Positions 37,831 to 48,700 of a stretch of 64,000 nucleotides of DNA are shown one piece after another. The translations under genes and the position numbers were made by a program. Source of the stretch: a virus (taxonomy: Duplodnaviria > Heunggongvirae > Uroviricota > Caudoviricetes); IMG/VR virus record IMGVR_UViG_3300031414_000001, positions 96,001 to 160,000 of that record; one strand, written 5' to 3'. The notes below the pieces were generated by a model. It saw nothing but the letters and a program-made list of their open reading frames with translations. It did not search any database and was not told the origin of the DNA. Each line of letters opens with the position of its first letter. The stretch's first letter is position 1.

Positions 37831-39327
37831 ATGGCATATCAAATGTGGAAAAAAGGTCGTAACAGTAACGATTACAACTTCTTTGACCGTTCTATTGCTG
37901 AGCAATATCGTATGGGCGGTACTGATATGTGGTTATACACGTATCAGGGGCCGAAAGGCAATGAAGGTAGTACTGACGACACATTACCTGATTTCAGTGA
38001 TGGCAGTGGTACACTTACTGACATAGGAGATATTGTTCTCGGTGAAACCGTTAACCGTTCCTATAGCATTCAAGCTATCACACTACCAGTTGTTTATCAA
38101 GTTCAGGAAGCCACACCTGATTTAAAAATTAACGGCATCATGTATTTCAACTTCGACACAATGGACATTACATTGCATTATAACACAATGATGCAACGTG
38201 TGGGAAGAAAGATTTTACCTGGCGACGTTATCGAATTACCTAACCTACGTGATTTCGATGTACTAGACCGTGACGTAGGTATTAATAAGTTTTATGTCGT
38301 TCAAGATGCGTTCAGAACCTCCGAAGGTTATTCAGCGACATGGCAACACCACATCTTTAAAATTCGTGTGAAACCTTTAACGGATTCTCCTGAGTTCTCA
38401 GATATTACTGACGCAATAAATGAAGGATTTCCCGATAATCCAGATGATCCTAATAATGGAAACGGTGGTGCTGGTGGTGGAAGTACTGGAAGCTTTGAGC
38501 TTGACATTATGAATAGAATTATTCAGCAAGCAGATTCCGAAGTACCTTACATTCACTACACTAACGAACACATCTATGATGACATATCTGATATTAACGA
38601 GTTAGCTAAGTATATCATAAATGGTTATGATTTCCCAGCTAATCCATCGAAGAACATGTTTTTCATAAAGAACACACTTCCAGTACTTTATGAGAAAGAT
38701 GCTGATTCAAATTGGGTTCAGGTTGAAACAAAATACGGTACTAAGTTACCTTCTCGTTCTAAGGACTTTGCTTTCTACTTCAAAGAAGATTCAGCAAGTG
38801 TAGCAGGTTATTCATTATTCCAGTACTACGCATCTGAGAAAAAATGGCTTAGCTGTGTGCTGCCGTTCACCGATGAAGATACTGTACCACAAGACGCAGA
38901 GGATTTCTACTGTTTTTACAAAAAACCTCAACTTTACCAGGTTCAGGACGATGGCGTAACATGGGTCATCCCACCAGAATCACATTCAAACGTGCCGTTC
39001 ACCACAAAAGATATTGCTGGTAACAGAACCGCACATGATGATATTCGCTCAGCCATTCCACCAGCACGTGGTGATGTTGGAGAGGGAGTAGTCTTCCCAT
39101 CCAATCCTGAAGATGGTGAGTACTTCTATCGTACTGATTATGTACCAGTTACATTATGGCAATATAGTGCCGAAAAGTCAACTTGGACACAATTCAATTA
39201 CGGTGGTCGTCTACCTTGGACTGGTGCTAATATCGAACAAACCCGCTTCATCAATAGTCCTGATAGAGTTTCTATCCAAGACGTTGTTAAGCCAAACATT
39301 GTTAATAGACGCAAGGACACTAATTAA
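37831..39327 (+). CDS. Neck/head-completion protein, gp14-like, with C-terminal extension
   Basis: DRSIAEQYRMGGTDMWLY, ILPGDVIELP; precedes gp15-like; ATAAATA at 37793-37799. Confidence 0.65.
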   Translation: MAYQMWKKGRNSNDYNFFDRSIAEQYRMGGTDMWLYTYQGPKGNEGSTDDTLPDFSDGSGTLTDIGDIVLGETVNRSYSIQAITLPVVYQVQEATPDLKINGIMYFNFDTMDITLHYNTMMQRVGRKILPGDVIELPNLRDFDVLDRDVGINKFYVVQDAFRTSEGYSATWQHHIFKIRVKPLTDSPEFSDITDAINEGFPDNPDDPNNGNGGAGGGSTGSFELDIMNRIIQQADSEVPYIHYTNEHIYDDISDINELAKYIINGYDFPANPSKNMFFIKNTLPVLYEKDADSNWVQVETKYGTKLPSRSKDFAFYFKEDSASVAGYSLFQYYASEKKWLSCVLPFTDEDTVPQDAEDFYCFYKKPQLYQVQDDGVTWVIPPESHSNVPFTTKDIAGNRTAHDDIRSAIPPARGDVGEGVVFPSNPEDGEYFYRTDYVPVTLWQYSAEKSTWTQFNYGGRLPWTGANIEQTRFINSPDRVSIQDVVKPNIVNRRKDTN

Positions 39328-40670
39328 TGAAACTAAATTATTACTATGACGGACAGTTTCGCCGTCTGTTGAAGCATCTTATCAGAGTGTTCGGAGAATT
39401 TCAAGTAAAAAATGGCCTTGACGCAAACGGGAACCAACGTTATAAAACGGTTCCCTGCCGCTACGCTGACATTTCAAGAATGGCAGCTTATATCATCAGT
39501 GGTGGTTCTGAAAACGTTCTACCATCTGCCCCAGGTATTACAATCAATGTACAGTCATTGAAACTTGATCGTCCGAACCTTCGTGCTCCAGCACAATATA
39601 CTTCTGTCATGGGAACTAATGTTAGTCCTGAAGAAAACAAATATGTTAGCGAACTTGACAAGCAGTATCAAATTTCCAGATATAACCCTACACCTTGGAA
39701 ACTAGTTTTCAATGTTAATATCTGGACAACTAACTTGACAAACAAGTTAGAACTATGGGAACAAATAGCAACATTGTTTAACCCATCTGTTGTTTTACAA
39801 GTTACTGAGAATCCATATGATTGGACAGGTACAGTTGATATTGAACTTACTGATTGTCAGTTCAGTACTAGAGGATTTCCACAAGGTACTGATTCTGATT
39901 TAGATGTTATGGTATTGACATTTGAATGTCCAATTTGGTTAAGTCTTCCAGCTAATGTTAAACAAGCTAAACTTATTCAACAAATTGTTACCAACATCAA
40001 TACTGCTAAAGATGAATTGGAAATTGACTTAGGGAACTACAACGACAGTATTACTGACGTGTATACACCTAAGAATATGTGTATTCTTGTTAATCGAATA
40101 GAGGCAGCTAATTCTCTGGAAACATATGAGGTAACTCTTGTAAGTTCAAGTTTGAATCCTCTTTCGAGTAATGGTAAAATTTATTCATGGAACAGATACC
40201 TTGAGTATCTTGACCCAAGTTTTGAAGAAAAATCATTGTATTTGAAGTTCCAGCAAGGTATAGAAGAAGCAAATCCAATTCGTGGAGATGTTATTCAAAT
40301 GCCTACTGAAGACGCACCAAACAAGATGATTGTTCAGGTTGATACCTCATTGTATACTGGTGGAATAAGTATAACATCATTCGTAACAGAAAGCAACCAG
40401 TTATCACAAGCATTACCGGCTCAGTACTACATTAATATTGCTGAATATAATATTCAGTACGGTGAAACCACAATAAAGCCTAACGATTTATTCCAAATTG
40501 GTAATGATCGTAATAGTGCTATTATTGTCGATCCTAGTACTGTTAATGGTTATGTGTATAACGCAGATGACACTTATTTTTACAGATATAATGAAATTGT
40601 CGGTTGGCATCAATCGGTGCAAAACAAATACAGACAAGGTTATTGGAGAATCGCATTTAGAGATGCGTAA
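39327..40670 (+). CDS. gp15: Tail terminator/sheath stabilizer, gp15-like
   Basis: YYYDGQFRRLL...VPCRYAD...PTPWKLVFNVNIWT...ELWEQIATLFNP. Confidence 0.75.
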   Translation: MKLNYYYDGQFRRLLKHLIRVFGEFQVKNGLDANGNQRYKTVPCRYADISRMAAYIISGGSENVLPSAPGITINVQSLKLDRPNLRAPAQYTSVMGTNVSPEENKYVSELDKQYQISRYNPTPWKLVFNVNIWTTNLTNKLELWEQIATLFNPSVVLQVTENPYDWTGTVDIELTDCQFSTRGFPQGTDSDLDVMVLTFECPIWLSLPANVKQAKLIQQIVTNINTAKDELEIDLGNYNDSITDVYTPKNMCILVNRIEAANSLETYEVTLVSSSLNPLSSNGKIYSWNRYLEYLDPSFEEKSLYLKFQQGIEEANPIRGDVIQMPTEDAPNKMIVQVDTSLYTGGISITSFVTESNQLSQALPAQYYINIAEYNIQYGETTIKPNDLFQIGNDRNSAIIVDPSTVNGYVYNADDTYFYRYNEIVGWHQSVQNKYRQGYWRIAFRDA

Positions 40671-40679
40671 GGATTAATT

Positions 40680-41147
40680 ATGACTAACGAAGCAGTGGGA
40701 GCTATATTTTTATCAAAACGTACAGGACGTATGATGCTTAACTTACGTTCCGAAACCGTTACGTACTCAAATAATTGGGGCTTCGTTGGTGGTAAGATTG
40801 AACGTGGTGAATCAGCAATTGAAGCTTTATATAGAGAGATTGCTGAAGAATTGGGGGAATCAGTACCTCCAATTGAAGATATAATTCCTTTTGATGTTTT
40901 CTGTACTAAGAATGAGAAGTTCAAGTACTATTCATTTATTGTAGTTGTTCAGGAAGAATTTATTCCAGAACTAAATGATGAAAGTGCTGGATATTCTTGG
41001 GTTAAAATAGGAAACTGGCCTAAGCCACTTCATCCAGGAGCTAAAAGTACTTTATACAATTCTAACATTGTTGAAGATATGAATGCCCTATGGGAATCAA
41101 TAAAAAATGGCAAACCATTTAAAAACAGTTTGCCATATCAAATATAA
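40680..41147 (+). CDS. Nudix hydrolase
   Basis: Nudix box GGKIERGESAIEALYREIAEELG. Confidence 0.9.
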   Translation: MTNEAVGAIFLSKRTGRMMLNLRSETVTYSNNWGFVGGKIERGESAIEALYREIAEELGESVPPIEDIIPFDVFCTKNEKFKYYSFIVVVQEEFIPELNDESAGYSWVKIGNWPKPLHPGAKSTLYNSNIVEDMNALWESIKNGKPFKNSLPYQI

Positions 41148-41172
41148 AAAGGAGGCATAAGCCTCCTTTTTT
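41146..41172. terminator. Bidirectional intrinsic terminator
   Basis: AAAAAGGAGGC-ataa-GCCTCCTTTTTT. Confidence 0.85.
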
Positions 41173-42278
41173 TATACTCCAACAGGTGGAATACCAGTTA
41201 AGTTAAGTAGTACTGACCATTGTGTAAGTGTTGTTTGACCAGCGTTCAAATCAGATAAGGTAGCATCAATTCGGAATCCTAAGTGCTTAGCACTGTTTAG
41301 AGAAGCCGTAACATATGTGCTATAATCTGTTTGAGTTGAACCCAAACGACTTGGTAAAGTAATATCTTCACCATTTATTACAACGTTAACTGACCAGGTT
41401 TGGTCTTCGCTATCAATAGTGTCTACAATTTGTGTTAGCTTGTAAATTTTACGTGGATCAGGAATTTGATTCGCAGTAACAGTACCAGGAACAATTGTAC
41501 CTTCATTATCTACATAGAATGAGCCTTTCACTAACCAAGTACTATAGATACTTGGGAATGGAACAATTTCACCAGTAGTCGCATCAGTATTAACCTGACG
41601 ACCCATGATTTTCAATTCATAGAAATAGTTTGAGCCGAACTGAAGAACACTATCACCATTTTGATAAGTAACCCATCCATCTGCATCTGTAATACTCGCA
41701 CCACCTAAGTTGAAATAAGCAATTGGCTTAGTCGCAGTACTTTGAGTGAACGCAATATACTTAAATCCAGTATCGTAGTTAATATCCAATAGAGAAGAAT
41801 ATTCTTTATTCATTGGACGTGTAGTTTGAATTTCACGCCATTCTTTATTCTTCATTAGACACATCAAACGGTCGCCATTATTGGTAAGAACCATACGACC
41901 CATGATAGAAGTATCACCATCTGGAACGGTGTTGAATAAAGTAATCATTGGGATACTAGCCCAATCTAATTCTGTAGCTGGAACAGTATTATCAGGTTGA
42001 CGAGCACTATCTACTAAAGAGATTAGTAATTCACCAGTACCGGAAGTATTTCTGTACCACAATTGACCAGGAACTGAACCTTTAGGTCTAGTTTGTCCTG
42101 AAAAGTTTTCAGCAAGCCACAAGAAGTTTTCATTTAGTGCTTGACCATAACTAACTTTATCACGTCCAACTAGGTTAATCGGAACAGGGTTCTGATTAGG
42201 TTGATTTGGACCAAGGATAGTATTGTTAGGTACTGAAGCATAGATTTTACCATTACTACGCTTAATAATATAATTCAT
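41172..42278 (-). CDS. Virion structural protein (baseplate/fibre-associated)
   Basis: N-terminal LVGR..SYGQALNENFLWLAENF...GQLWY motif seen in T4-superfamily structural proteins. Confidence 0.55.
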   Translation of the reverse strand: MNYIIKRSNGKIYASVPNNTILGPNQPNQNPVPINLVGRDKVSYGQALNENFLWLAENFSGQTRPKGSVPGQLWYRNTSGTGELLISLVDSARQPDNTVPATELDWASIPMITLFNTVPDGDTSIMGRMVLTNNGDRLMCLMKNKEWREIQTTRPMNKEYSSLLDINYDTGFKYIAFTQSTATKPIAYFNLGGASITDADGWVTYQNGDSVLQFGSNYFYELKIMGRQVNTDATTGEIVPFPSIYSTWLVKGSFYVDNEGTIVPGTVTANQIPDPRKIYKLTQIVDTIDSEDQTWSVNVVINGEDITLPSRLGSTQTDYSTYVTASLNSAKHLGFRIDATLSDLNAGQTTLTQWSVLLNLTGIPPVGV

Positions 42279-42290
42279 TTGTATCTCCTA

Positions 42291-42899
42291 TTACTGTAAC
42301 TGTACTCGTACTGTATACTTAATTTGAAGAATACGGTTAGCACTTTTTTCCACTGGATGGAAAATAATGTGTGATAATGCCATACCTGAATCGCCATCTG
42401 TATAAAGACCTAGTTCATCAAATACGTAGTTTCCTTCCATATCGGTAGTTGAACTAACGTTTTGATCTGATGGTTCACCTAATCCTAGAGTACACAAACA
42501 CACAATATCAGTATAAACCTGACCTGGAATGTGAACAGTACTGACATTGTTATATTCAGTTTCTACACCAGCATTAACGTTAGCATTAATTTTCTTCACG
42601 TAAGTTTCTGAGTAAAGACCACCGAAAGAACTAATACGTGGAGTTTTATAGGTAACACGACCAGTACTAAGAACAACTGTACCACCGTTACCAAATCTCA
42701 TTTCAGAGATAGCTCCTAGACTAACACCCAAAGAATCAGTACTGCCAGCTAAAGCATATGCGATTGCTTGGCTCATGTTTTCAGGGTGAATTGCGTTGGA
42801 TTTATCAACGACAATTGATGTATTCTCAGGATCAGTAATATCGGTAATTAGCACATGTCCTTTAACAAATAGTCTTGGAAGTTCTGTTTTGTTATTCAT
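42291..42899 (-). CDS. Virion structural protein (tail-collar/baseplate-like)
   Basis: YVFDELGLY...HIIFHPVEKSANR..IKYTV motif; late operon. Confidence 0.5.
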   Translation of the reverse strand: MNNKTELPRLFVKGHVLITDITDPENTSIVVDKSNAIHPENMSQAIAYALAGSTDSLGVSLGAISEMRFGNGGTVVLSTGRVTYKTPRISSFGGLYSETYVKKINANVNAGVETEYNNVSTVHIPGQVYTDIVCLCTLGLGEPSDQNVSSTTDMEGNYVFDELGLYTDGDSGMALSHIIFHPVEKSANRILQIKYTVRVQLQ

Positions 42900-42909
42900 T
42901 TCTAATCCC

Positions 42910-43407
42910 TTAGTAATTAATTTGTATTTCTTCTAGCTTACCAGCCATTGTTTTTTGTAGTTCAGTTGGTTGAACACTGATATAGTTACGATCTATACCA
43001 ACACGTAGGTAAGTGAAGTTCCCGACTACGTTTTCAGCAAATGTTCCGGTTACACCATGTTGATAAATGGTAACTTCAGAATCAGGATTGTAGATTTTTG
43101 TGTCGGTAAATTCGATATAAAAATTGCAACATTCTTGGAATTTAATTGGGAACCAATCTGCTTCCGTTGGATCACTCGCTAATGTTGCTTGTACATAAAT
43201 TCGTCCAATGAAGTTACGTAATGTGAATGCGATTGTATGTAATCCAGAAGTACTGCCATAATAACCACCAGCAGCTAGTGGAAGTGAGACTTCATTCCAA
43301 TGGTAATCGTTGTTAGTACTATACCATGAGTCAGAATCTTGATAATCAAGTTCCTCACCATCTTTGCTTATTCTTCTAAAAAGAAAATTCTTTGATCTTA
43401 AAGCCAT
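42910..43407 (-). CDS. Hypothetical late/structural protein
   Basis: ORF with GAGG SD and TATAAATA at 43438-43445. Confidence 0.5.
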   Translation of the reverse strand: MALRSKNFLFRRISKDGEELDYQDSDSWYSTNNDYHWNEVSLPLAAGGYYGSTSGLHTIAFTLRNFIGRIYVQATLASDPTEADWFPIKFQECCNFYIEFTDTKIYNPDSEVTIYQHGVTGTFAENVVGNFTYLRVGIDRNYISVQPTELQKTMAGKLEEIQINY

Positions 43408-43511
43408 CGTTATAGCCCTCTATAATGAACTTTTACTTATTTATAGCATAGCTCTTACCAGAAAGAGGTGATAAATATTTGTAATATGACATAACATAAA
43501 AGGAATGAACT

Positions 43512-44645
43512 ATGACAATTTCATTTAATAATGGGTCTTCAGGTTCTTGTAATTGTTCTGGTATTAACAGTTTAGTGATCAACAATGCTGGTCACTTAAT
43601 CGTTACATACGATGACGGTACTATTCAAGATTTGGGTCAAGTAGTTGGTGCTGATGGTGCTAACGGAACTAACTTTTATCCAAATGAAGTAGGATTCGTG
43701 ATTCCAGATAGTACTTTTGATCTTGATAAAGATATTGGATGGTCGTACTTAAGTCTAACGATTAATAGTACTCAAACTGTACCAACCATTTATTTTAAAA
43801 CTAATGCTGCTAACTCTCCTACCGCAACGTGGGTAAGTGCTCCATTTGGACAAGGTGCAAAAGGCGATTCTGGAGAACCATTCCATATTGATTCTCAAGG
43901 CACAACCAAACCAACAACTGGTTTAGTTGATAATTACACATTCTTAGATACCGATGACGGTACTATTTGGATTTACGACTTAGACACTTTAACATGGGCT
44001 GGTCCATATCAGTTCCGTGGCCCACAAGGTCTACAAGGTCGATTCATCATTGATTCTCAAGGTGATACTTTCCCTGTAATTACTGACTTAGATCCTGGAT
44101 ATACTTTCTATGCCACTGATACTGGTTTCTTGTATTATGTAATTCAAGACAGTACTACACTACAAAAATCTTGGAGTCCTGGAATTCTATTCCGTGGTCC
44201 GAAAGGTGAAAATGGTGAACAGGGTATTCAAGGTCTTCCAGGTTCTGATGCTAATAATATCTACGCAATTAAAAACGTAATTGATACATCTTACGAAAAC
44301 GCCCTACTTGTAATTGGTACTGTACCAGCAGGTTATTTGGTAACTCGTATTGAAGTAACAATTGAAAATGCTTATGACCTAGTAGTTAATGAGTTGACAG
44401 TACGTTTTGGTGGTACAGCACAATCTGATGAAGGTAGTACTGATATTGCTCCACCAGATTACTTTGATATTAATACAGCACAGCGTTACATAGTAGACGA
44501 AGTAAACCATGAAATCAGTGCGAATGACGAAATACTTTCTTGTGTATTCAACGAATCTGTTAACAACAGTTCAGTAGGTCTAATGACTATCATCTGTACA
44601 ATTGCTAAACAGCTTCCTATTACACCAATAGAAGATAACATTTAA
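43512..44645 (+). CDS. Fibre-like structural protein with short collagen (GXY) stretches
   Basis: GPQGLQG, GPKGENGEQGIQGLPG and repeated IDSQG modules; ATAAATA at 43471-43477. Confidence 0.65.
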   Translation: MTISFNNGSSGSCNCSGINSLVINNAGHLIVTYDDGTIQDLGQVVGADGANGTNFYPNEVGFVIPDSTFDLDKDIGWSYLSLTINSTQTVPTIYFKTNAANSPTATWVSAPFGQGAKGDSGEPFHIDSQGTTKPTTGLVDNYTFLDTDDGTIWIYDLDTLTWAGPYQFRGPQGLQGRFIIDSQGDTFPVITDLDPGYTFYATDTGFLYYVIQDSTTLQKSWSPGILFRGPKGENGEQGIQGLPGSDANNIYAIKNVIDTSYENALLVIGTVPAGYLVTRIEVTIENAYDLVVNELTVRFGGTAQSDEGSTDIAPPDYFDINTAQRYIVDEVNHEISANDEILSCVFNESVNNSSVGLMTIICTIAKQLPITPIEDNI

Positions 44646-44648
44646 ACC

Positions 44649-44677
44649 AAAGGGAGATGATCACATCTCCCTTTTTT
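44649..44677 (+). terminator. Intrinsic terminator
   Basis: AAAGGGAGATG-atca-CATCTCCCTTTTTT. Confidence 0.8.
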
Positions 44678-44726
44678 ATTGCCTGGATAAATATTAGAAA
44701 CAAACATTCATAGGAGAAAGTAACCG

Positions 44727-45587
44727 ATGGCAGTTTTTTCTAACTTAGAAGGAACCATGAAAAAGTCTTTTATCCTTGGTAAAGGTGGTGCTCGTCTATC
44801 ATTCGATAGTGGAGTACTAACCGTTCGTAATTATCAAGGTACTAGTCTTATTCCAATCAGTGCGGCTGACCCACTTGACGGTACACACCTTGTAACTTTA
44901 TCTTACTTTAACTCTCACGCTGGTGGCGGTTCAGGTAATGCTTTACGTGGAACAACAGATCCAGATGTAAGCTTAGGAACAGATGGTGATGTGTATTACA
45001 AGATAGACGACACTAGTATTTTACAAATTTACATTAAAGATTCTGGAATATGGAAACCTTTTGCTTCACCAACTGATTCTGAATATGTATCAACTACAGT
45101 TGCTACACCTTCTGATTTTACACAAGTTGGCTCAGACTACGTATATACCTTATCTGCTGCGGCTCATGGTCGTGGATCTGATATAATTGTACAACTACAA
45201 GACACCAGTACTGGACAAGTTCAGAATGCTAATGTCGTGGTTGATTCTTCAGGTAATATCACAGTAACCGTTGGCGATCTACCAACATCTAATTATAATG
45301 TAGTAATCATTGGAGGAACCACCTTGTCCACACCATATAGTCAATTGATCAATAAAGCTAATTGGGTCTTATCTGGCTCAGAGTATACATTGTCAATTCC
45401 ACAATCTACACATGATCAAGTTCCTGGTGCTATTTTCTTAGCAGTATATCAAAATACTGTTGATTCAGCAACAAGTGCTTCTCCATACGAAATCGTAGCT
45501 GTTCAAACTGCTATTGATGGAAATGGTAATGTGACACTAACCGCAAGCGAAACCTTTAGTGGGAAAGTAGTTATTAGCGGAAAATAA
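44727..45587 (+). CDS. Virion structural/fibre-associated protein
   Basis: GTTDPDVSLGTDGDVY motif plus two repeated ~85-aa beta domains; ATAAATA at 44687-44693. Confidence 0.55.
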   Translation: MAVFSNLEGTMKKSFILGKGGARLSFDSGVLTVRNYQGTSLIPISAADPLDGTHLVTLSYFNSHAGGGSGNALRGTTDPDVSLGTDGDVYYKIDDTSILQIYIKDSGIWKPFASPTDSEYVSTTVATPSDFTQVGSDYVYTLSAAAHGRGSDIIVQLQDTSTGQVQNANVVVDSSGNITVTVGDLPTSNYNVVIIGGTTLSTPYSQLINKANWVLSGSEYTLSIPQSTHDQVPGAIFLAVYQNTVDSATSASPYEIVAVQTAIDGNGNVTLTASETFSGKVVISGK

Positions 45588-45595
45588 CCATTATT

Positions 45596-45622
45596 AAGCC
45601 AGAAAGATATTCTGGCTTTTTT
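45596..45622 (+). terminator. Intrinsic terminator
   Basis: AAGCCAGAA-agata-TTCTGGCTTTTTTT. Confidence 0.75.
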
Positions 45623-45724
45623 TCTTTATTATACTGGTGATATTCACCAAGGGGTAATAAATACATAAAATAATGATTTGGGATAAAGGTTTTTTTCCAT
45701 ATTCAAATCCAACGGAGGGATTAC

Positions 45725-48700
45725 ATGTATTCTATAAAAACTGATCTTGACGTATCTGGTAATCAAACGATCCAAAAAGATCTTTTGGTTAATGGTAGTG
45801 CAGTCATTACGAATGATTTGACCGTAGGTGGTACAATCAACTTCGCTAATGCTACATTTACTCAGATTACAGTCACAGGAGCAGCGAATCTAAACAACGT
45901 AACCTCAACAGGTACAGCTACATTGAACAATGTAAACGTTTCTGGTAATACAGCACTTGGTGATTCCGGCACTGATACTGTTACTGTAAACGGCGTTTCT
46001 ACATTCAATGCTGCGATCACTGCGAAAAGCAATGTATCTATTGAAGGTAATACAGTTGTTGGTGACGCAAGTTCCGACACTCTAACTGTTAACGCAACAA
46101 GCACATTCGTAGCACCAGCACTATTCAATGGTGATGTTACTATTGGTGATGCTCCTGCTGATGCTCTAACTGTAAATTCCACTGCGAATTTAAAAAATAA
46201 CGTAACTATCGGTGAAAACGCAACTGACGTTCTAACTGTTAATAGTACCTCTAACTTTGCTAACAATGTTACTCTTGGTTCTGATGGCACAGATACACTA
46301 ACCGTGAATGCTGCTACAAACATTAAGAACAACATGATTATCGGTGAAAATGCTACTGATACTCTAACCATTAACAGTACTACCACTATTGCTGGTCCAC
46401 TAACTGCTGATGATATTAATGTCGGTGGTGACTTAACTGTAACTGGTGCTACTACTCTAGAATCTTTAACTGTTAATGGCGTAACTAACCTAAATGATGA
46501 CCTAATCATGGCATCAGGTACTAGTGCTTCCTTCCAAGATGTTACCATTAATGGTACTCTAAGCGGTGCGTTCACTATTGCTAACGGTAGTTTCAACACA
46601 CTATCTGTATCTGGTTCTTCTAGTCTACACGCAACTACTGTTGCTGGTAACTTAACTGGTACTGGATATTCTGCTACATTTAATAACTATATCGTAAACG
46701 GTGCTTCTGGTTTAATTAGTTTCAACTATAACGACCCAGCACGTCCATCTGATATTAAAACTAGTATTGAGCCATACAAAGTAAGTACTCAAGAAATTCA
46801 AGTTAACGTTGCTGACCTACAACGTGCTACCATCGGTGATGTAACATATTCCGATTATGGTCTAACCGCACTAGGTAAAGCATCAATTGACTATCTAGAT
46901 ATTGTTGGTAACAGCACTACTGGTGCTTCTCGCCCACAACTAACTGTTGCTGGAAACTCAACACTAGGTGGAACAACAACGGTTAACAACCTAGCTATTA
47001 CTGGTTCTATTACTGGTCTAAGCTTCTCTGATCTAAACGTAACTGGTGATTTGACAGTTGCTGGAACTTCTGATTTTACTCAGAAAGCAACATTCGTTGA
47101 TCTAGAAAGTACTGGTCAAGCAACTTTCAACGATGTTGAAATTAATGGTGATCTAACTGGTTCATTCACTATCACAAATGGTAGCTTCGGTACAATCTCT
47201 GTATCCGGTCAAAGCAACTTGAACTCTGTAGTTCTAAGTGGTAACGTAACTGGTACAGCACAAACCGCAACCTTCGGACAATATGTTGTCGCTGGTAGTA
47301 CTGGTGTTATTGGATTCTCCTATAACGACCCAGCACGTCCATCTGACATTAAATCAGCTATTGAACCTTACAAAATCAGTTCTTCTGAATTCCAAGGTCA
47401 AGACGCAGATTTCGAACATGTTGTAACTGGTGACGTGACTTACGTTGACTACGGTCTAACTGGTCAAGGTCTAAACAAACTTGATTACCTAGATATTACA
47501 GGTAACAGTACAACTGGTACTTCACGTGAGCAACTAACCGTTGCTGGAAAATCCAAATTTGTTGGTGATGTAGAATTCCAAGGTGTTGTAACTGGTCTAA
47601 CTGTTGATGTAACTGGTCAAGATATTACTCCAAACTCTGTTGTAGCTGCTGCTGGTCTAACTGGTGCTACTGTAACAAGTACTGGTGCTGCTAACCTTAA
47701 CTCTGTTTCCGTAACAAATAATGCTTCTGTTTCTGGTACTACTACTCTTAACAACCTAGTTGTTACTGGTACTGTAACTGGCGTAACTGCTGAAGCTAAC
47801 GTTGATGGTCTAGATATTGCTCCGAATTCTGTTGATGTAACAACAACACTTGATGTTGCTGGTGCTACTACTCTAGCGGGTACTACTGCTTCAACACTAA
47901 ACGTAACAGGTGCTACCACACTAGCTGCTACTTCTGCTACTACACTAAGTACTTCCGGTCTAGCTACTCTAAACAGTGCTACAGTAACTGGTACAAGTAC
48001 ATTAGGTGTTGTAAACGCGGGTGCGACAACTGCGACAAGCATTACATCTCCATCTTATCTTGGTAATGTAACTTTCGCTGATGATGTAACAATAACTGGT
48101 ACACTAACTCCAAGTGCGATTGATTTGAGTACTACTGATGTAGCTGCTAAATCTCTAACCACTGCTGAGGACGTTACTGTAGGTGGAAACCTAGCTGTAA
48201 CTGGTACTATCGACCTATCCAATGCTGACGTTGGGGCGAAAACATTTGTTGCTTCTGATACTGTTAACGCAAGTACTCTACCAGTACTAGCAAGTACTAC
48301 AGCTACTATCGGTACTGTAAATGCTACAACATTAAACGCAACTGGTACTACTACTTTAGGTGTAACTAATACTGGTATTCTAACTGCTACAAGCATTGTA
48401 ACTCCTTCTATCGGTAACGCAACTAACGATGTAACAGTAACTTCTGCGTTGATCGCTGCTGATGATCTAACAGTTCAAGGTAACTTAGTACTACAAGGTG
48501 GTCTAGACCTATCTGCTGTTGACATTGAAGCACAATCAATTCACACAACTGGTAACGCAACATTTGATGGTAACGTAACTGTTGGTGGTTCTATTGACCT
48601 ATCTAACGCAAACGTATCTGCTATCACCTTTACTGCGACAAGCTCTAGTGTTGCTAACGTACTTCCAGTACTAAGCTCAACAACTGGTACAATCGCTACA

